This document shows positions 52,170-62,958 of a DNA stretch of 64,000 bases, piece after piece; within the stretch, counting starts at the first letter, position 1, and the number at the start of each line of letters is the position of its first letter. Origin of the DNA: an uncultured Nitrososphaeraceae archaeon (GTDB lineage: Archaea; Thermoproteota; Nitrososphaeria; Nitrososphaerales; Nitrososphaeraceae); assembly GCA_963837175.1 (NCBI GenBank), contig CAWIMJ010000057.1, forward strand, positions 1 through 64,000. Reading direction: 5' to 3'. The notes below the pieces were generated by a model. That model saw only the letters and a program-made list of their open reading frames with translations, was not told the origin of the DNA and searched no databases. Both the position numbers and the translations under genes were made by a program.

Positions 52170-52919
52170 ATGTCGTCATCATCAACTTCAAAGTCAGCAG
52201 TATCGGTCAAAAACTCTCTGGACTTGATATCCAAAAAGTGGAATATAGATTCTGAAGTATATGATCTCCACATCGGAAGAAGGGATGATGTAGCCGACAC
52301 AATAGTAAATGTCAATGGCGTTTTATTTCATATTCCCACCCTTACCAAAGATAATCTGTACGTTTTATGGAAATGTTTATGGCCAGATTGTCATAATTGT
52401 TGCGAACGACAAGGAAGACTTCCGTTGACAAAAGACGATATTAGAATTATTGCCAAAAAGATAGGATATGACTCAAAAGCAGAATTTGTTAGACATGAAA
52501 CAAGAATATCTAGCTGGCAAGAACAAGAGCCATTTGGCAATGTTATTACTACCATTACTATGCTCTCGCTTAAGAGAAAATCTGACGAGAAAGAAGAAGA
52601 AGATGGTACTCCCATCACATGTAGATTCTTGAATAAGAACGGAGACTGCAGAATCCATCCAGAAAAACCTGGAGTTTGCTGGCTGTATCCATTTGCTTCC
52701 TGGTTAGAATCAGACAAAGGAAGAGCTATAGTACATGCCACGTTTCAACTAACCGGAGATTGTCCTGGATTCTATGTAAGCAAATCGATGTATGACATGA
52801 TGCCCGTGTTAGAGGAATATTCAAAAAAAATATACAACTATAACATGTCTGTCAATAGGACAACGAGAGAAAATTATGGATCTATCAATTTTGTTGATAT
52901 AAGAAAAGAAACAAGGTAG
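52170..52919 (+). CDS. YkgJ-family cysteine-cluster (CxxCxxCC-type) protein
   Basis: CLWPDCHNCC, CRFL…CRIHPEKPGVCWLYPF and CPGF. Confidence 0.9.
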   Translation: MSSSSTSKSAVSVKNSLDLISKKWNIDSEVYDLHIGRRDDVADTIVNVNGVLFHIPTLTKDNLYVLWKCLWPDCHNCCERQGRLPLTKDDIRIIAKKIGYDSKAEFVRHETRISSWQEQEPFGNVITTITMLSLKRKSDEKEEEDGTPITCRFLNKNGDCRIHPEKPGVCWLYPFASWLESDKGRAIVHATFQLTGDCPGFYVSKSMYDMMPVLEEYSKKIYNYNMSVNRTTRENYGSINFVDIRKETR

Positions 52920-53935
52920 GTAGGTAAAGTTGCTGTTGTATGAAAAAATACGTATATGCATCTATGGAGATATTTATACTACTAATACTTATCAACGATT
53001 TTTATAACGTGTTTGGCAGTAATTCAATGAAGTGTGATGAAAGATATTTTCTCCATTTAACGATGGTTAAAAAGTGTAATAATCAGTTTTCAAAAAGTAT
53101 TGATAGTGGAATGGTTAATAGCTTACTAAATAATAGCGGTGAGTGACGAAAATACTATTGTCGTTTATAAAGTATAGACTTATACGAATTAGAAGGATAA
53201 CAAAAAACAGAATTTATTTAATCATAAAGTATATTTTGTTTTTATATATCAAGTTCAAAATAAGGTTTGGTTGGTATTAGGAATAAATTATTATTTTTTT
53301 TAATAGATTATAGATAAACAAATAATGATATCAACTATCTATCCAGCTTGGGAAGGAGTGAAAACAGGTATAACCAATACAAGTATAAAATCAGCTAACT
53401 TAAAAAGACTATATTATCCAGCTCTTTCATACAATCAAGAATTTCCATATAAACGAGCCAAAAAATGAAGATCACAAAAAACTGCTTATAAGCGTATAAA
53501 CGTTGCCTAAAAAGACCCACCTTCACTGGTATTCAGTTTCCCATTTATAATCGAGGGTGGAACAAGGTTGTAATCTAGGACAGTTATAGCTTCTAGTAGT
53601 AGCACAGGGTCGCAAACTCCTTTAAGTCGTTGGACAGTTAAAAAAGTTGTCAATATAAAGTAATTCAAATTAACACACAAATAAAAGAAAACCTTTTTGC
53701 AGACTGATCTGGAATTACGACAACCGCACCTTTGATAATATTGAAATCGGTTCTAGTGTGACAGCATTGGTGCTACTGCTGCGTTGTACACATCTAATAA
53801 GCTCTTTTTAGATAACCTCCTTAAGTCAATGCTCATATGATAAATTTTTAATGGAGTTTCACTCAAAATTCTCTCAAAAGAAATGTATCATTACAATAGC
53901 AGTTTCAAATTGGATTCGTTCAACATTACTCTTTA

Positions 53936-55072
53936 TTAGTAACCTGTAAACTCCTCAACTTTGATTCTTTCCTTTGGAATTTCTAAATCGTCTTCGAGCA
54001 AAGCTTGCATAGCTTTTAGCATGCTAGGAGGACCACAAATATAGAATATAGAATTATTCAATTCGTTAGTATCTACGTACTTCAAAATCATTGCTTTGTT
54101 TATTCTCCCATATTCTCCATTCCAATCATTCGTAGTAGATGAAGATTGTTCATGTCGTTCTTCTTCACCATCTTCACTAATAGTATAGATAATCTTGAGA
54201 TTTTTATTAAGATTCGACCAGTCATCAAACTCCTTTTTGAATAAGATGTTGCTACGGTTCCTGTTGGAATCAAACATTACTATTTTTACTGGCAGCCTCT
54301 TATCTGTAGCATACTTTATCATAGTTCTAAATGGAGTAACACCTATGCCACCAGAAAGAAATACAGCAGGCTTTGAATAATCTTGATGTAATACAAACTG
54401 TCCTTCAGGACCTCGTACCTTAACTTTTGTACCTTTCTCTAAAGTTGAAAGTCTCCTTTTGTATGGTGTATCTCTGATTCGAGTGCTGAACATTATAAAA
54501 TTCTCAGTTGGAGAAGATGAAATAGTAAAATGTCTGATCGGTCCTTTAGGATCATTATAGACTCCTCCTATGTCAAAAAAAGCGAATTGCCCTGCAGTAT
54601 GATCTAATGGTGATTTGTCTTCTTCTTCTCCTTTATGATTATTTGGCTTACTAAACTTAAATGACGTTACATCAGTATCTTCAACTTTATCTTTTTCTAC
54701 CAGTATGACTTCGAACTGGGAAGAGGATTTATTTTTACTTTCTCCCTTCTTAATTAGTATGTTATTGCCATCTACTTTTACCTCATAGGCTGGTTCTGGT
54801 TCACTTGCAGGAGGGTTTCTCACCTCTCCTGTTCTTACATCAAATTTGGATCCATGCCAGGGACATTCAACTTCATAGCCCTCAAGAGTGCCATCAGCTA
54901 GAGGACCACCTTCATGCGTGCAAATACTGCCAATAGCGTAGTATTTTCCCTCTATATTTACTACACAGATATTTTCACCATCAACTTGAACTTCTTTCAT
55001 ATGCGACGGCTGAATATCCTTTGTATCGGCAACCTTAACAAAATCCTCACTCAATATGAAGACCATTTTCAT
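53936..55072 (-). CDS. Rieske [2Fe-2S] ferredoxin fused to an FNR-like FAD/NAD(P)H reductase
   Basis: CTH..GPL…CPWHGSKFD, then RHFTISSSP, GPEG.F, SGGIGVTP, YICGP and EEF. Confidence 0.92.
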   Translation of the reverse strand: MKMVFILSEDFVKVADTKDIQPSHMKEVQVDGENICVVNIEGKYYAIGSICTHEGGPLADGTLEGYEVECPWHGSKFDVRTGEVRNPPASEPEPAYEVKVDGNNILIKKGESKNKSSSQFEVILVEKDKVEDTDVTSFKFSKPNNHKGEEEDKSPLDHTAGQFAFFDIGGVYNDPKGPIRHFTISSSPTENFIMFSTRIRDTPYKRRLSTLEKGTKVKVRGPEGQFVLHQDYSKPAVFLSGGIGVTPFRTMIKYATDKRLPVKIVMFDSNRNRSNILFKKEFDDWSNLNKNLKIIYTISEDGEEERHEQSSSTTNDWNGEYGRINKAMILKYVDTNELNNSIFYICGPPSMLKAMQALLEDDLEIPKERIKVEEFTGY

Positions 55073-55167
55073 TTTAGAATCCGAACCCTATATGCCTTTC
55101 TATTTGATTCTCATATATCTTAAGAAATAATATATTTCTTATAACTAACTTGATAATAACATTCTAT

Positions 55168-55317
55168 TTAGCCTACTCCTGCAGGTCGTTGACTTTCCTG
55201 ACTATGATCCATTTTCTTATGAGAATTTAATGTTTCAACACTATCAAAAACTCTACCACAGAAACTACATCGATATTCCTTAGGAGGAGGACGTTTGGAA
55301 GTTGAAGCTGTAGCCAT
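55168..55317 (-). CDS. 49-aa C2H2 zinc-finger protein (absent from ORF track)
   Basis: MATASTSKRPPPKEYRCSFCGRVFDSVETLNSHKKMDHSQESQRPAGVG* matches Y-x-C-xx-C-xxx-F-x5-L-xx-H-x4-H. Confidence 0.88.
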   Translation of the reverse strand: MATASTSKRPPPKEYRCSFCGRVFDSVETLNSHKKMDHSQESQRPAGVG

Positions 55318-56701
55318 CACTCATCATCGTATTTAATATGGACAAACATGTAATTAACACTTAGCATACCAATAGAAGAACTCTGACTACAAAAAGAGAT
55401 AAAGTAGAAAATCCGAAGGTTATCGCAAATTTTCAGAAAATGGTCTAACGATTTTATGCTTTATTTTTATTCTCTGTCAGTTAAAATACATATAACAGGT
55501 AAACAAGAATTTTGATATGTTAATATGTTAGATGATTAAAAAATACTACATGCAGTTCGTAGAGAGTTATTTGATAAGATTAAGAATGGATCTACCAAAG
55601 CCTAAGCAAAGATAAAGATTTAGCAGTAATATTTATCCCTGTCAATCACTTTGCCAAAAAACCTATTATTATTTCAAAATCATTTTGGCAGTTGGCCAAA
55701 AGTTAATTGCATCAGAATTTGCTCTTCTACATCATTCTATAATAGCATTCGCTATTCAAATTACTACCAAATAATCGTACCTAAGAAAAGGAGGCCAACC
55801 AAAAACTTTAATTTTTCATGCAACTAAGGCTTAAGTTTTGAATGTTAATGCCTTATTTCCTTTCAAAGATGGTGAGAATAATAGTGAAGTATTACATTGC
55901 ATATTCTTTTCTTGTTTTTAATGTCCATATTTTTATTAGTAGTTCTTTTTATGAGGAACAATATATATCTTATAAATTAATAAAATATTGTCAACATAAA
56001 TTTTTTACTATTAACTTATGTTATACCAATACACAATATAGACTAATTATTTAACATAACCAATTTAAGATAATTATTGGTCTTAGTATAAGGTTTTAGA
56101 ATCATATATAGTATTTGCAGCTCTCAACAATATGACATTATATCACTATATCTTATTAACAGAGGTCTTTAGACTTAGTCTTTGAAATTGTTAGAAGATC
56201 TGCAATATGGAATAAAAATGGTAAAATAAAATTTAAAAAAAATTACATCACCTAAATATAATATCAATGAATTTGTTAATAAAAATAAATCGTTATTATA
56301 TATTGGTAAATCAAAGCTCTACTTAGATTTCTTTCTTGGATATTATAAGTTATTATTGATCGCTAATCTAAGTGAAAGGATTATGTATGTTTCATTAATC
56401 AAGAACAAAAGCAGATTCTATGTATGTAAGTTACATTCTCACTACTATAACAATAATAATAATAATATGGCAATTTCTTTACTCTTAACATTAATTTGAG
56501 GATCGGAATACCAAAACTGTAAAGTATTTTATTATTAACAAAAAGTGCGGATCAATTGAATCAAATGTTACTTGACTATTCTAAACCGCTCTTCTGTTGT
56601 AGAAATTTATTATTCAAATATATAAAAATATATAGCATAAATAACTATCCACCTATTTTTTATATTTATCACTTTATTATATAGTACTAATTTATTATTA
56701 T

Positions 56702-57031
56702 GTGGTAGACTTTGTGTTCCCAAAACAGGAAGAACTTAAAAAAATAGGCGATAAGGAAAGATTAAATGTATTTAGACGTTACTTTGCTGCCAGTCGTTAC
56801 AATCGATTAATAATTCAACAAAATTTAATTAGAACTGCATTCGATAGATCGCTGATTTCTAGAGTCAATAAACTAGAAAGAGCTTATAACAAAAATTTTC
56901 TTGAAATGGTCAAAACCGTAAGATCATATGGATATTTAGAGGAATTCTTAGCTGCAGTAAGGGAAGAAGATGAAGCACTCAAAAAGATAATTGAAGCATA
57001 TGAGAAGAGGATGAGCCAATCACTCAAGTAA
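56702..57031 (+). CDS. Conserved helical hypothetical protein
   Basis: Protein-like 109-aa ORF (RYFAASRYNRL…EEDEAL). Confidence 0.7.
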   Translation: MVDFVFPKQEELKKIGDKERLNVFRRYFAASRYNRLIIQQNLIRTAFDRSLISRVNKLERAYNKNFLEMVKTVRSYGYLEEFLAAVREEDEALKKIIEAYEKRMSQSLK

Positions 57032-57750
57032 GGTATTTATGAATTTACTTATTCTCTAATATACCTTTTTACGATGAATAGCAGCAAAACCGGTGAATAT
57101 AATTTATTGATTTGATGGTGACATCTATTGACATTAAAATAACTTTATTCTAACGAGAAATTATGTTTTACTTTTAAGCGACGTTAGAAAAAGAGTCAGT
57201 TCCGGGAAGCGGGGGAGAAATTATCTTCTAAATAATACATCTTGTTATTTATTAATATCTAATGTTCATTTATGTTTTTTAAATATTAAATAACTAGATA
57301 AATAAAGGATATATTCATAGTTCAATAAAGAATTTCTTCAACAAGATGCGGAACATCTAAACTCTGTTAGTATATCGACGCATCTACTTAATTTAACCGC
57401 TCTTTACATTGATCAACTTTTGCATTTATTGCAGTAGATATGTGACAGATTCAGAACGTTGCTGTCCTTTTTTATTGGTCTATATTACAACCATGTATGA
57501 GGATCATTATTCTTTGTCTTTGCAATATTGCAAATTTTATTAAATTCTTTAAACCTGTTGTATAATATTGTTCATATACTTAATCCTAGCAAGTTTCTGA
57601 CGGCATAGAATATTGGATAGGCATAGAAATATTCCATTATGTATATGTGACTTTCCTTTTACTTCCTAAATACTATTATTTATCTTCAACGCCTTTTATT
57701 AACCGTGAGAGATTATGCGACAAAAGAATAATATCAAAAAATTGCATTGT

Positions 57751-58269
57751 TTATTGTGGCCGGTTCGTTGTTGATTCTTCCAACATTTTTGCAGCATTCA
57801 CAGATACTCTCGACATCTCACTTGTATTTTCCCTTGTATATTGCATAAACATTTTTGTTGTTTCAGTATTTGTAAACATCATATTATTTCCCATGCGAAT
57901 GGTCGCTATTGTGATATCTGACAAGCCGCTTACCAATCTTGCATATGTTTCTGTAATCCTTTTCGGTGACATCCAGAAATAATTATCAAAAAATGAACTC
58001 CATGCAGTTTGGAACGAATTGCTTATCTTTCTTTGTGATTCTAGGTAATTTTCTACCGAATCTCTAGCTGCAAGGACAGCCTGTTCTTGATTATCGGTAA
58101 CTATCTGCATATATCTAGGCAGCCCTCTATGTGTTTCATCTACTGCATTCCTAACATTCTTCTTTGCATCATCGAAAGTTTTATTGATTATTCTTTTTGT
58201 TGTGTTGTTATCGTATGTAGAGTTGTTTTTAATATTATCCTCTTCATTAAATCCTGCAGACATAAACAT
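57751..58269 (-). CDS. All-helical protein, phasin (PHA-granule)-like
   Basis: Amphipathic helices with NYLESQ…AW…SP.R..E.Y pattern; no Cys. Confidence 0.6.
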   Translation of the reverse strand: MFMSAGFNEEDNIKNNSTYDNNTTKRIINKTFDDAKKNVRNAVDETHRGLPRYMQIVTDNQEQAVLAARDSVENYLESQRKISNSFQTAWSSFFDNYFWMSPKRITETYARLVSGLSDITIATIRMGNNMMFTNTETTKMFMQYTRENTSEMSRVSVNAAKMLEESTTNRPQ

Positions 58270-58501
58270 CTTAGGCGAACATTACAGTTAAACGTTATTC
58301 TTAAATTGGTATTATGAATAATAAAGATATAATAAAGATTTGTTCTTGTCTTTATTATGCTATTATGGGAACGATATATACCAATGTTGTTTACTAGAGG
58401 TTGTTAACAAACGCAAACTAGCTCAAATTATAAGCTACTCCTTTCCAGAATTTTCTAGCAAAAATTACTGCATCGTATTTATCCAAAAGATCCTTTATCC
58501 A

Positions 58502-58736
58502 GGATCTGTTAACTTAAGGAAAAGTCTATAGCTAAAGACATCGTATTCTTTCTTTCTCTTGTTATCTAAAACAAGAAATAGGACATCATTTGAAGATATC
58601 GCTTATGGACTGTACTTATGCTTGTACCTTCTAGGTCTTCTTTGATTCATTTAGAAATGCATCAAGCATTATCTTCAAGAATTATAAAAAGAAACAAGTC
58701 ACATTTCAATATGGAAAGGGTTCAGCATTACAGACC
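58502..58736 (+). mobile_element. Second, truncated copy of the IS6-like element (left end and start of transposase)
   Basis: Nearly identical to 6165..6390, e.g. TGTTAACTTAAGGAAAAGTCTATAGCTAAA and AAACAAGAAATAGGACATCATTTGAAGATATCGCTTATGGACTGTACTT. Confidence 0.88.
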
Positions 58737-58888
58737 AGAATGAACCTTATAATCAAAAACCCAACCTGTTGTGGAAAAATAACCAACTTGAGCATCCAAA
58801 TCTGAACATTTCTTTTCTTTATGAAACAAGAGTATACTTTCAATGATGTAGAATCGACAGCAATTATATTACCATCATAATGAACCAT
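58737..58888 (-). mobile_element. DDE_Tnp_1-type (IS4/IS5/IS982-like) transposase fragment
   Basis: IIAVDSTSLK, then after a frameshift DLDAQVGYFSTTGWVFDYKVH. Confidence 0.7.
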
Positions 58889-58924
58889 AGATTTTATCTT
58901 TAATATTAAAGTTCTAAATAGCTA

Positions 58925-58951
58925 ATATCCATATGGTCACGATATGGATAT
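58925..58951. promoter_or_regulatory. Perfect 10-bp inverted repeat, possible operator
   Basis: ATATCCATAT-ggtcacg-ATATGGATAT. Confidence 0.4.
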
Positions 58952-59274
58952 AATATATTTATGGTTTGGATTATTTCCGACAGACTATATATATTAATAC
59001 TCTAAATGAAATTGCAATATGAGCCAAAGGTCAAACTTAGGCCAGGTAGATAACAGTTGTAAAGTAACTATTCTTACAGATATAATTGAATATTTATACT
59101 TGAAAGAGTGCGATATACTTACTATTGGTGGTTTAAAAGCAAATAATAAACTGATAATCTATAAAAATAAATGATTTTCGCTACACTATTCATTGTCGTT
59201 CGCAGCTATTGTGTTAGATTGACTCCAACTGAACTAAAATATAATAACATGGTTTTAATTCAAAGTACTCAGGA

Positions 59275-59688
59275 ATGGAACAATTCTTCCAGGAATTTTG
59301 TGACCTAGTGATCGAAGTCGATTCATCAATTAGGTTTATCGGTGTAGCCGATGGACACGGAAGCTTATTAGCCACATCAGAACGGAAAGGTTTGAAGCCT
59401 TTGTTGAACGAAGAAGAAACAAAACAATATGCAATCACTGCTGCAACCCGTCAATATACAAGGATTAGATGGCAGCCACTTTTAGGTAAAATTGATTATA
59501 CTTGCTCTCATTATGATAAACTGCTTCGAGCAACTATTCCGCTTACTGACAAAGACAATCATCTTTTATATGTAATTATATTTACATTTGATGTTCAGAC
59601 GGACAATTTTCACCAAATTATAATGAAAAAGATAGTCCCATTGATCCGTAAAAATGAAAGTATTTTCCTTGGTGAGATTAGTAATTAA
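59275..59688 (+). CDS. Roadblock-like sensory protein (DUF6659-like)
   Basis: D.SIRF.GV.D..G.L…RKGL.PLL…LGK..Y…Y.KL.RATIPL. Confidence 0.8.
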   Translation: MEQFFQEFCDLVIEVDSSIRFIGVADGHGSLLATSERKGLKPLLNEEETKQYAITAATRQYTRIRWQPLLGKIDYTCSHYDKLLRATIPLTDKDNHLLYVIIFTFDVQTDNFHQIIMKKIVPLIRKNESIFLGEISN

Positions 59689-59816
59689 GATCTTTAGAAA
59701 TAAGAGTAAATATACATCAATAATCATTACGCTTCAGGAATCAGTAAACATCCTACTACAAACATTTAGACTTAAGGATTGCAGAAAGCTTATGTAATAA
59801 GAAAATCAGACGCCTG

Positions 59817-59908
59817 TTCCACCGCCTTTTTCCACTCTTGTACCCAACTTCCACTATGATTTTCCACTCGTTGCCGTTATTTCCCCCATCTCTTTCCACC
59901 TATTCCAT
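59817..59908. repeat. Phased TTCCAC box array, three 32-bp units
   Basis: Boxes start at 59817, 59830, 59849, 59862, 59881 (TTCCCC), 59894 and 59903 (TTCCAT); spacing is 13/19/13/19/13/9. Confidence 0.75.
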
Positions 59909-59991
59909 TAGGAGTAAAAAGTAGAGCAATAAATGAAATAGACATAAGATATATATAGAATATTATTATAGTACACAACCATAGACAAATT

Positions 59992-60221
59992 ATGAAAAGT
60001 CACTCACGAGGTTAGATTCAAGTTAGCACATGAAGAATACCTGTATTTAGAAGGATTGGCGAAGTTCTATTATGATCATCGAATCATCTCAAGACCGACT
60101 GTTCATTCCCTAACTAAGTTTGCTACAATCAAAGCGAGCCAATGAATGGATACAACAGCAGTCGCTAGCCTTAGAGGCGAGAAAACAAAGACAGAAGACA
60201 ACATTCCCTTACACATTATAA
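59992..60221 (+). pseudogene. Frameshifted CopG/RHH-like DNA-binding protein
   Basis: With two single-base corrections: MKVTHEVRFKLAHEEYLYLEGLAKFYYDHRIISRPTVHSLTKFATIKAANEWIQQQ…. Confidence 0.5.
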
Positions 60222-60809
60222 AACATAATAGACTATCTTAAGCAACAATATCATCACAAACGACATCACCGATCGAGAATAATGCCTGTAGAATCAAAAA
60301 AACAGCAACTAGAAGTAGAGATTGAACACGAATAAGATCCCATAGATGTTTTTTACTCACCTGAAGAGGTAGAAGCGACAGTCAGGTTTATCAAAGGGGC
60401 CTTATCCAAAGAGCAGCAAGCTTCTATCTCGATTCTTTCTCGACTTTAAGTTATCATATACTACAACTAACAGATTTATTTCATGAATGTGTTGGCAAGT
60501 TTAGAATTGAAGATATTTTAAAATTATCCTCTGTAGGAGTGAATGCAGATTAATCCTCTAACAACCATTTATATATATTTATTATATCCAGTAGACCTTA
60601 TAACTATACCTATATTGTATCTATAATTATCTGCTTTAACTTATTTTGCTATTCTCGTTTCCTACAACTGTATACAGGCTGTAGACAATTAATGAAACGG
60701 TCTTGTGTCAATATAATCTTTCAGAGCCTAAGTAAATTCTCTGTTTAGCTTTTATTTAAGGCGAATTCAACATCGATTATGTTAGAACAAAATCATATTT
60801 TCATTTATC

Positions 60810-61040
60810 TATTATGGCTGATGATAAGTCAAATGTCATAGAATTTACCACTATTATTCCCACCTTCCAAATCGCTTATTCAGATATTCAGATATTGCAA
60901 CTTTCTGATCCTCTATATCTTGGTAGAATCTATTAGCACATACATATGACGTTATTCTTTTGTTTAAATTTCTTTCATTTGGGTTTAAGTATGGAACCTT
61001 CTTTGGAAGATAAATTATGGTTAGCCATCTTTCTGGTTGT
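60810..61040 (-). mobile_element. IS630-family transposase C-terminal remnant
   Basis: LTIIYLPKKVPYLNPNER…CANRFY..I (LPxxxPxLNPxE motif). Confidence 0.75.
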
Positions 61041-61048
61041 TGATATAT

Positions 61049-61327
61049 TTTCGTACCGCCATACTCATATGGAATGAAGCTCTCCCCATCGCAACACTTG
61101 ATGACATGATCCGTAGTGGAATCAAAAAGAAGAAAGTGGAAATGCACAAGTCAAATGAGAGAGCTGTGACAGATTAGCTCTGGACCGAGATAGAGACATT
61201 GTAATAGATCTTGGCACAGATTCTTACTATGAGAAGAAGAGGGCTGGGTAAGGCGGGCGATATTACTAATAGGAGTACTAGGGATGGTGAAATAAAAGAG
61301 AGAGGAAAAGATAAGATAGAAAAATAG
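61049..61327 (+). pseudogene. Pseudogene of a small conserved helical protein
   Basis: Single frame FRTAILIWNEALPIATLDDMIRSGIKKKK…D*LWTEIETL**ILAQILTMRRR with in-frame stops; 5' end abuts the IS630 remnant. Confidence 0.5.
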
Positions 61328-61425
61328 AATGGCTGAATGTTCCCATTCGCAGTAGTTGTAGTTACCATATCGGCTACTATATATTACTCGATCATAAACT
61401 AAAATAGACTAGACTTTCGGTTTTC

Positions 61426-62307
61426 TCATAATCCTATGTTGGTCTGCAGGTATGTCTCTGCATGTTCTAATATTTTTCTTTCATTCTCTGGCAACGGAGT
61501 ATTAGAAATCATTTCTTTAAATTGCAATGCGTTGACAACAGCCTTTCCGCCCCAATGGTTATTAAAATATGCACGGAGGACCTTAGTTTCTTTTCTTATT
61601 TTTGAGACTTTTTCAACCCAAGGTTTTAGTTCTTCTTTTGTATACAAATAATTATACCAATAATGTCCTTTAGTGTTTCTTCCATGAAATCTTATAAAAG
61701 AATGGTTTGCTGTAATAATGACGTCTGACAGAAAACGAAGATTCTCTATTGGTGGTGAATCTGTAATGACTCTTGCAATATTATAATGTTTTAGCATTTC
61801 CCAAGGTCCTTCAGTTTTCCATGATGGATGTCTGAATTCAACAGCATAGTCATAATTATTACTATTTGGCAATCGATCAAGAAATGCTTCTATATTTTTG
61901 AAATCATTAACATTAAAACTTGGAGGAAGTTGAATCAATATGGCACCCAATTTCTTTGCTGTCTTTAATGGTGATATTTTGTCAAGAAATTCTTCAAAAT
62001 CTGTGATAGCTCCTCTTCTTATATCTAATCTTTTTTCATGTGTAATCATTTCAGGTACTTTAACTGAAAATTGAAACTTATCTGGAGTTGCTCTGATCAT
62101 TCCAATAAACGTTCCCTTTGTCATATTGGAATAGAATTTGTGATAGAAGGTCGAGTCCATCTCTACAGTATCGAAGAATTGGGAGTAATACCGTAGCTTT
62201 TTAGTATTCGCGTCAGGATAGAATACTTCTGTCCATCCGCCTTTGTCAGGCGTATCAGCATAACTCCATCCCGAACACCCTAATAGGAAGTCTCTTTGTG
62301 ACGACAC
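61426..62307 (-). CDS. DUF72 family (TIM-barrel) protein
   Basis: GCSGWSY, Y…FDTVE.DSTFY, F.VK, QLPPSF, AVEFRH.SW, RFHGR and YFNNH. Confidence 0.93.
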   Translation of the reverse strand: MSSQRDFLLGCSGWSYADTPDKGGWTEVFYPDANTKKLRYYSQFFDTVEMDSTFYHKFYSNMTKGTFIGMIRATPDKFQFSVKVPEMITHEKRLDIRRGAITDFEEFLDKISPLKTAKKLGAILIQLPPSFNVNDFKNIEAFLDRLPNSNNYDYAVEFRHPSWKTEGPWEMLKHYNIARVITDSPPIENLRFLSDVIITANHSFIRFHGRNTKGHYWYNYLYTKEELKPWVEKVSKIRKETKVLRAYFNNHWGGKAVVNALQFKEMISNTPLPENERKILEHAETYLQTNIGL

Positions 62308-62580
62308 TCTACCATTTAATGTTCTCTTAATCTTTTATATCTTGATTGTATTGCAGCCATTATTTGATTAATAAGCAGCTTCTCTACTGCTGATGAATAT
62401 TAAAGTCATAAACAATCAATAATTCAGATGACAAGAAGTATTCATCTTTAATTGGATTATTGTATACATCTCAAATACTCTGTCATGTATTTTTAATTCT
62501 ATATCTATAGCTATCTATATATTCTAGAAATCTCTCATTATTTCTATACGCTTCTATCCTTTACTGTCACTTCATACGTG

Positions 62581-62832
62581 AGAAAAGGATATAATATACC
62601 ATAAGTTAGAATAGAAATTATTTTAGCAAGTACTTCGATTACGAATCAAGTGATCCAGAGAATAGGAAGAGTCATAAGAAAATATGAAGGTAAAGAATTA
62701 GCCTCAATTTATGTAGTTTATGTTTCCGAGACCAAGGACAATAATCTAGTAGCTTTGATAAATAAGGGAGTAGATATAAATCAAGAAGAAGAGAAAGGTC
62801 AAGAAATAGGTGGAGCATATTCTAGTTTGTAG
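62581..62832 (+). pseudogene. C-terminal fragment of an XPB/Rad25-like SF2 helicase
   Basis: GYNIP*VRIEIILAST..NQVIQRIGRVIRK (motifs V-VI only). Confidence 0.7.
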
Positions 62833-62958
62833 AATCATGCGATAATATTTCTTCCATTCTGATATATTACTCCTTATATATTATTAACAATGTTTGTAAA
62901 ATATTCAGACCAATTCTACAATTCCGTAATTTTCGTTGTTAGCCAAGGTGAATCATAT

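Noticed and set aside
53514-53560. CCACCTTC…GAGGGTGG stem with an inner hairpin
   Set aside because: Single modest hairpin with no recognisable RNA family features.
59817-59908. TTCCAC array as a CRISPR or the chromosomal oriC
   Set aside because: The repeats are only 6 bp with 7-13 bp gaps and there are no cas genes. There is no full ORB dyad or G-string and no adjacent cdc6/orc1.
61174-61368. 64-aa hydrophobic minus-strand ORF
   Set aside because: It is the antisense of the purine-rich plus-strand pseudogene at 61049..61327.
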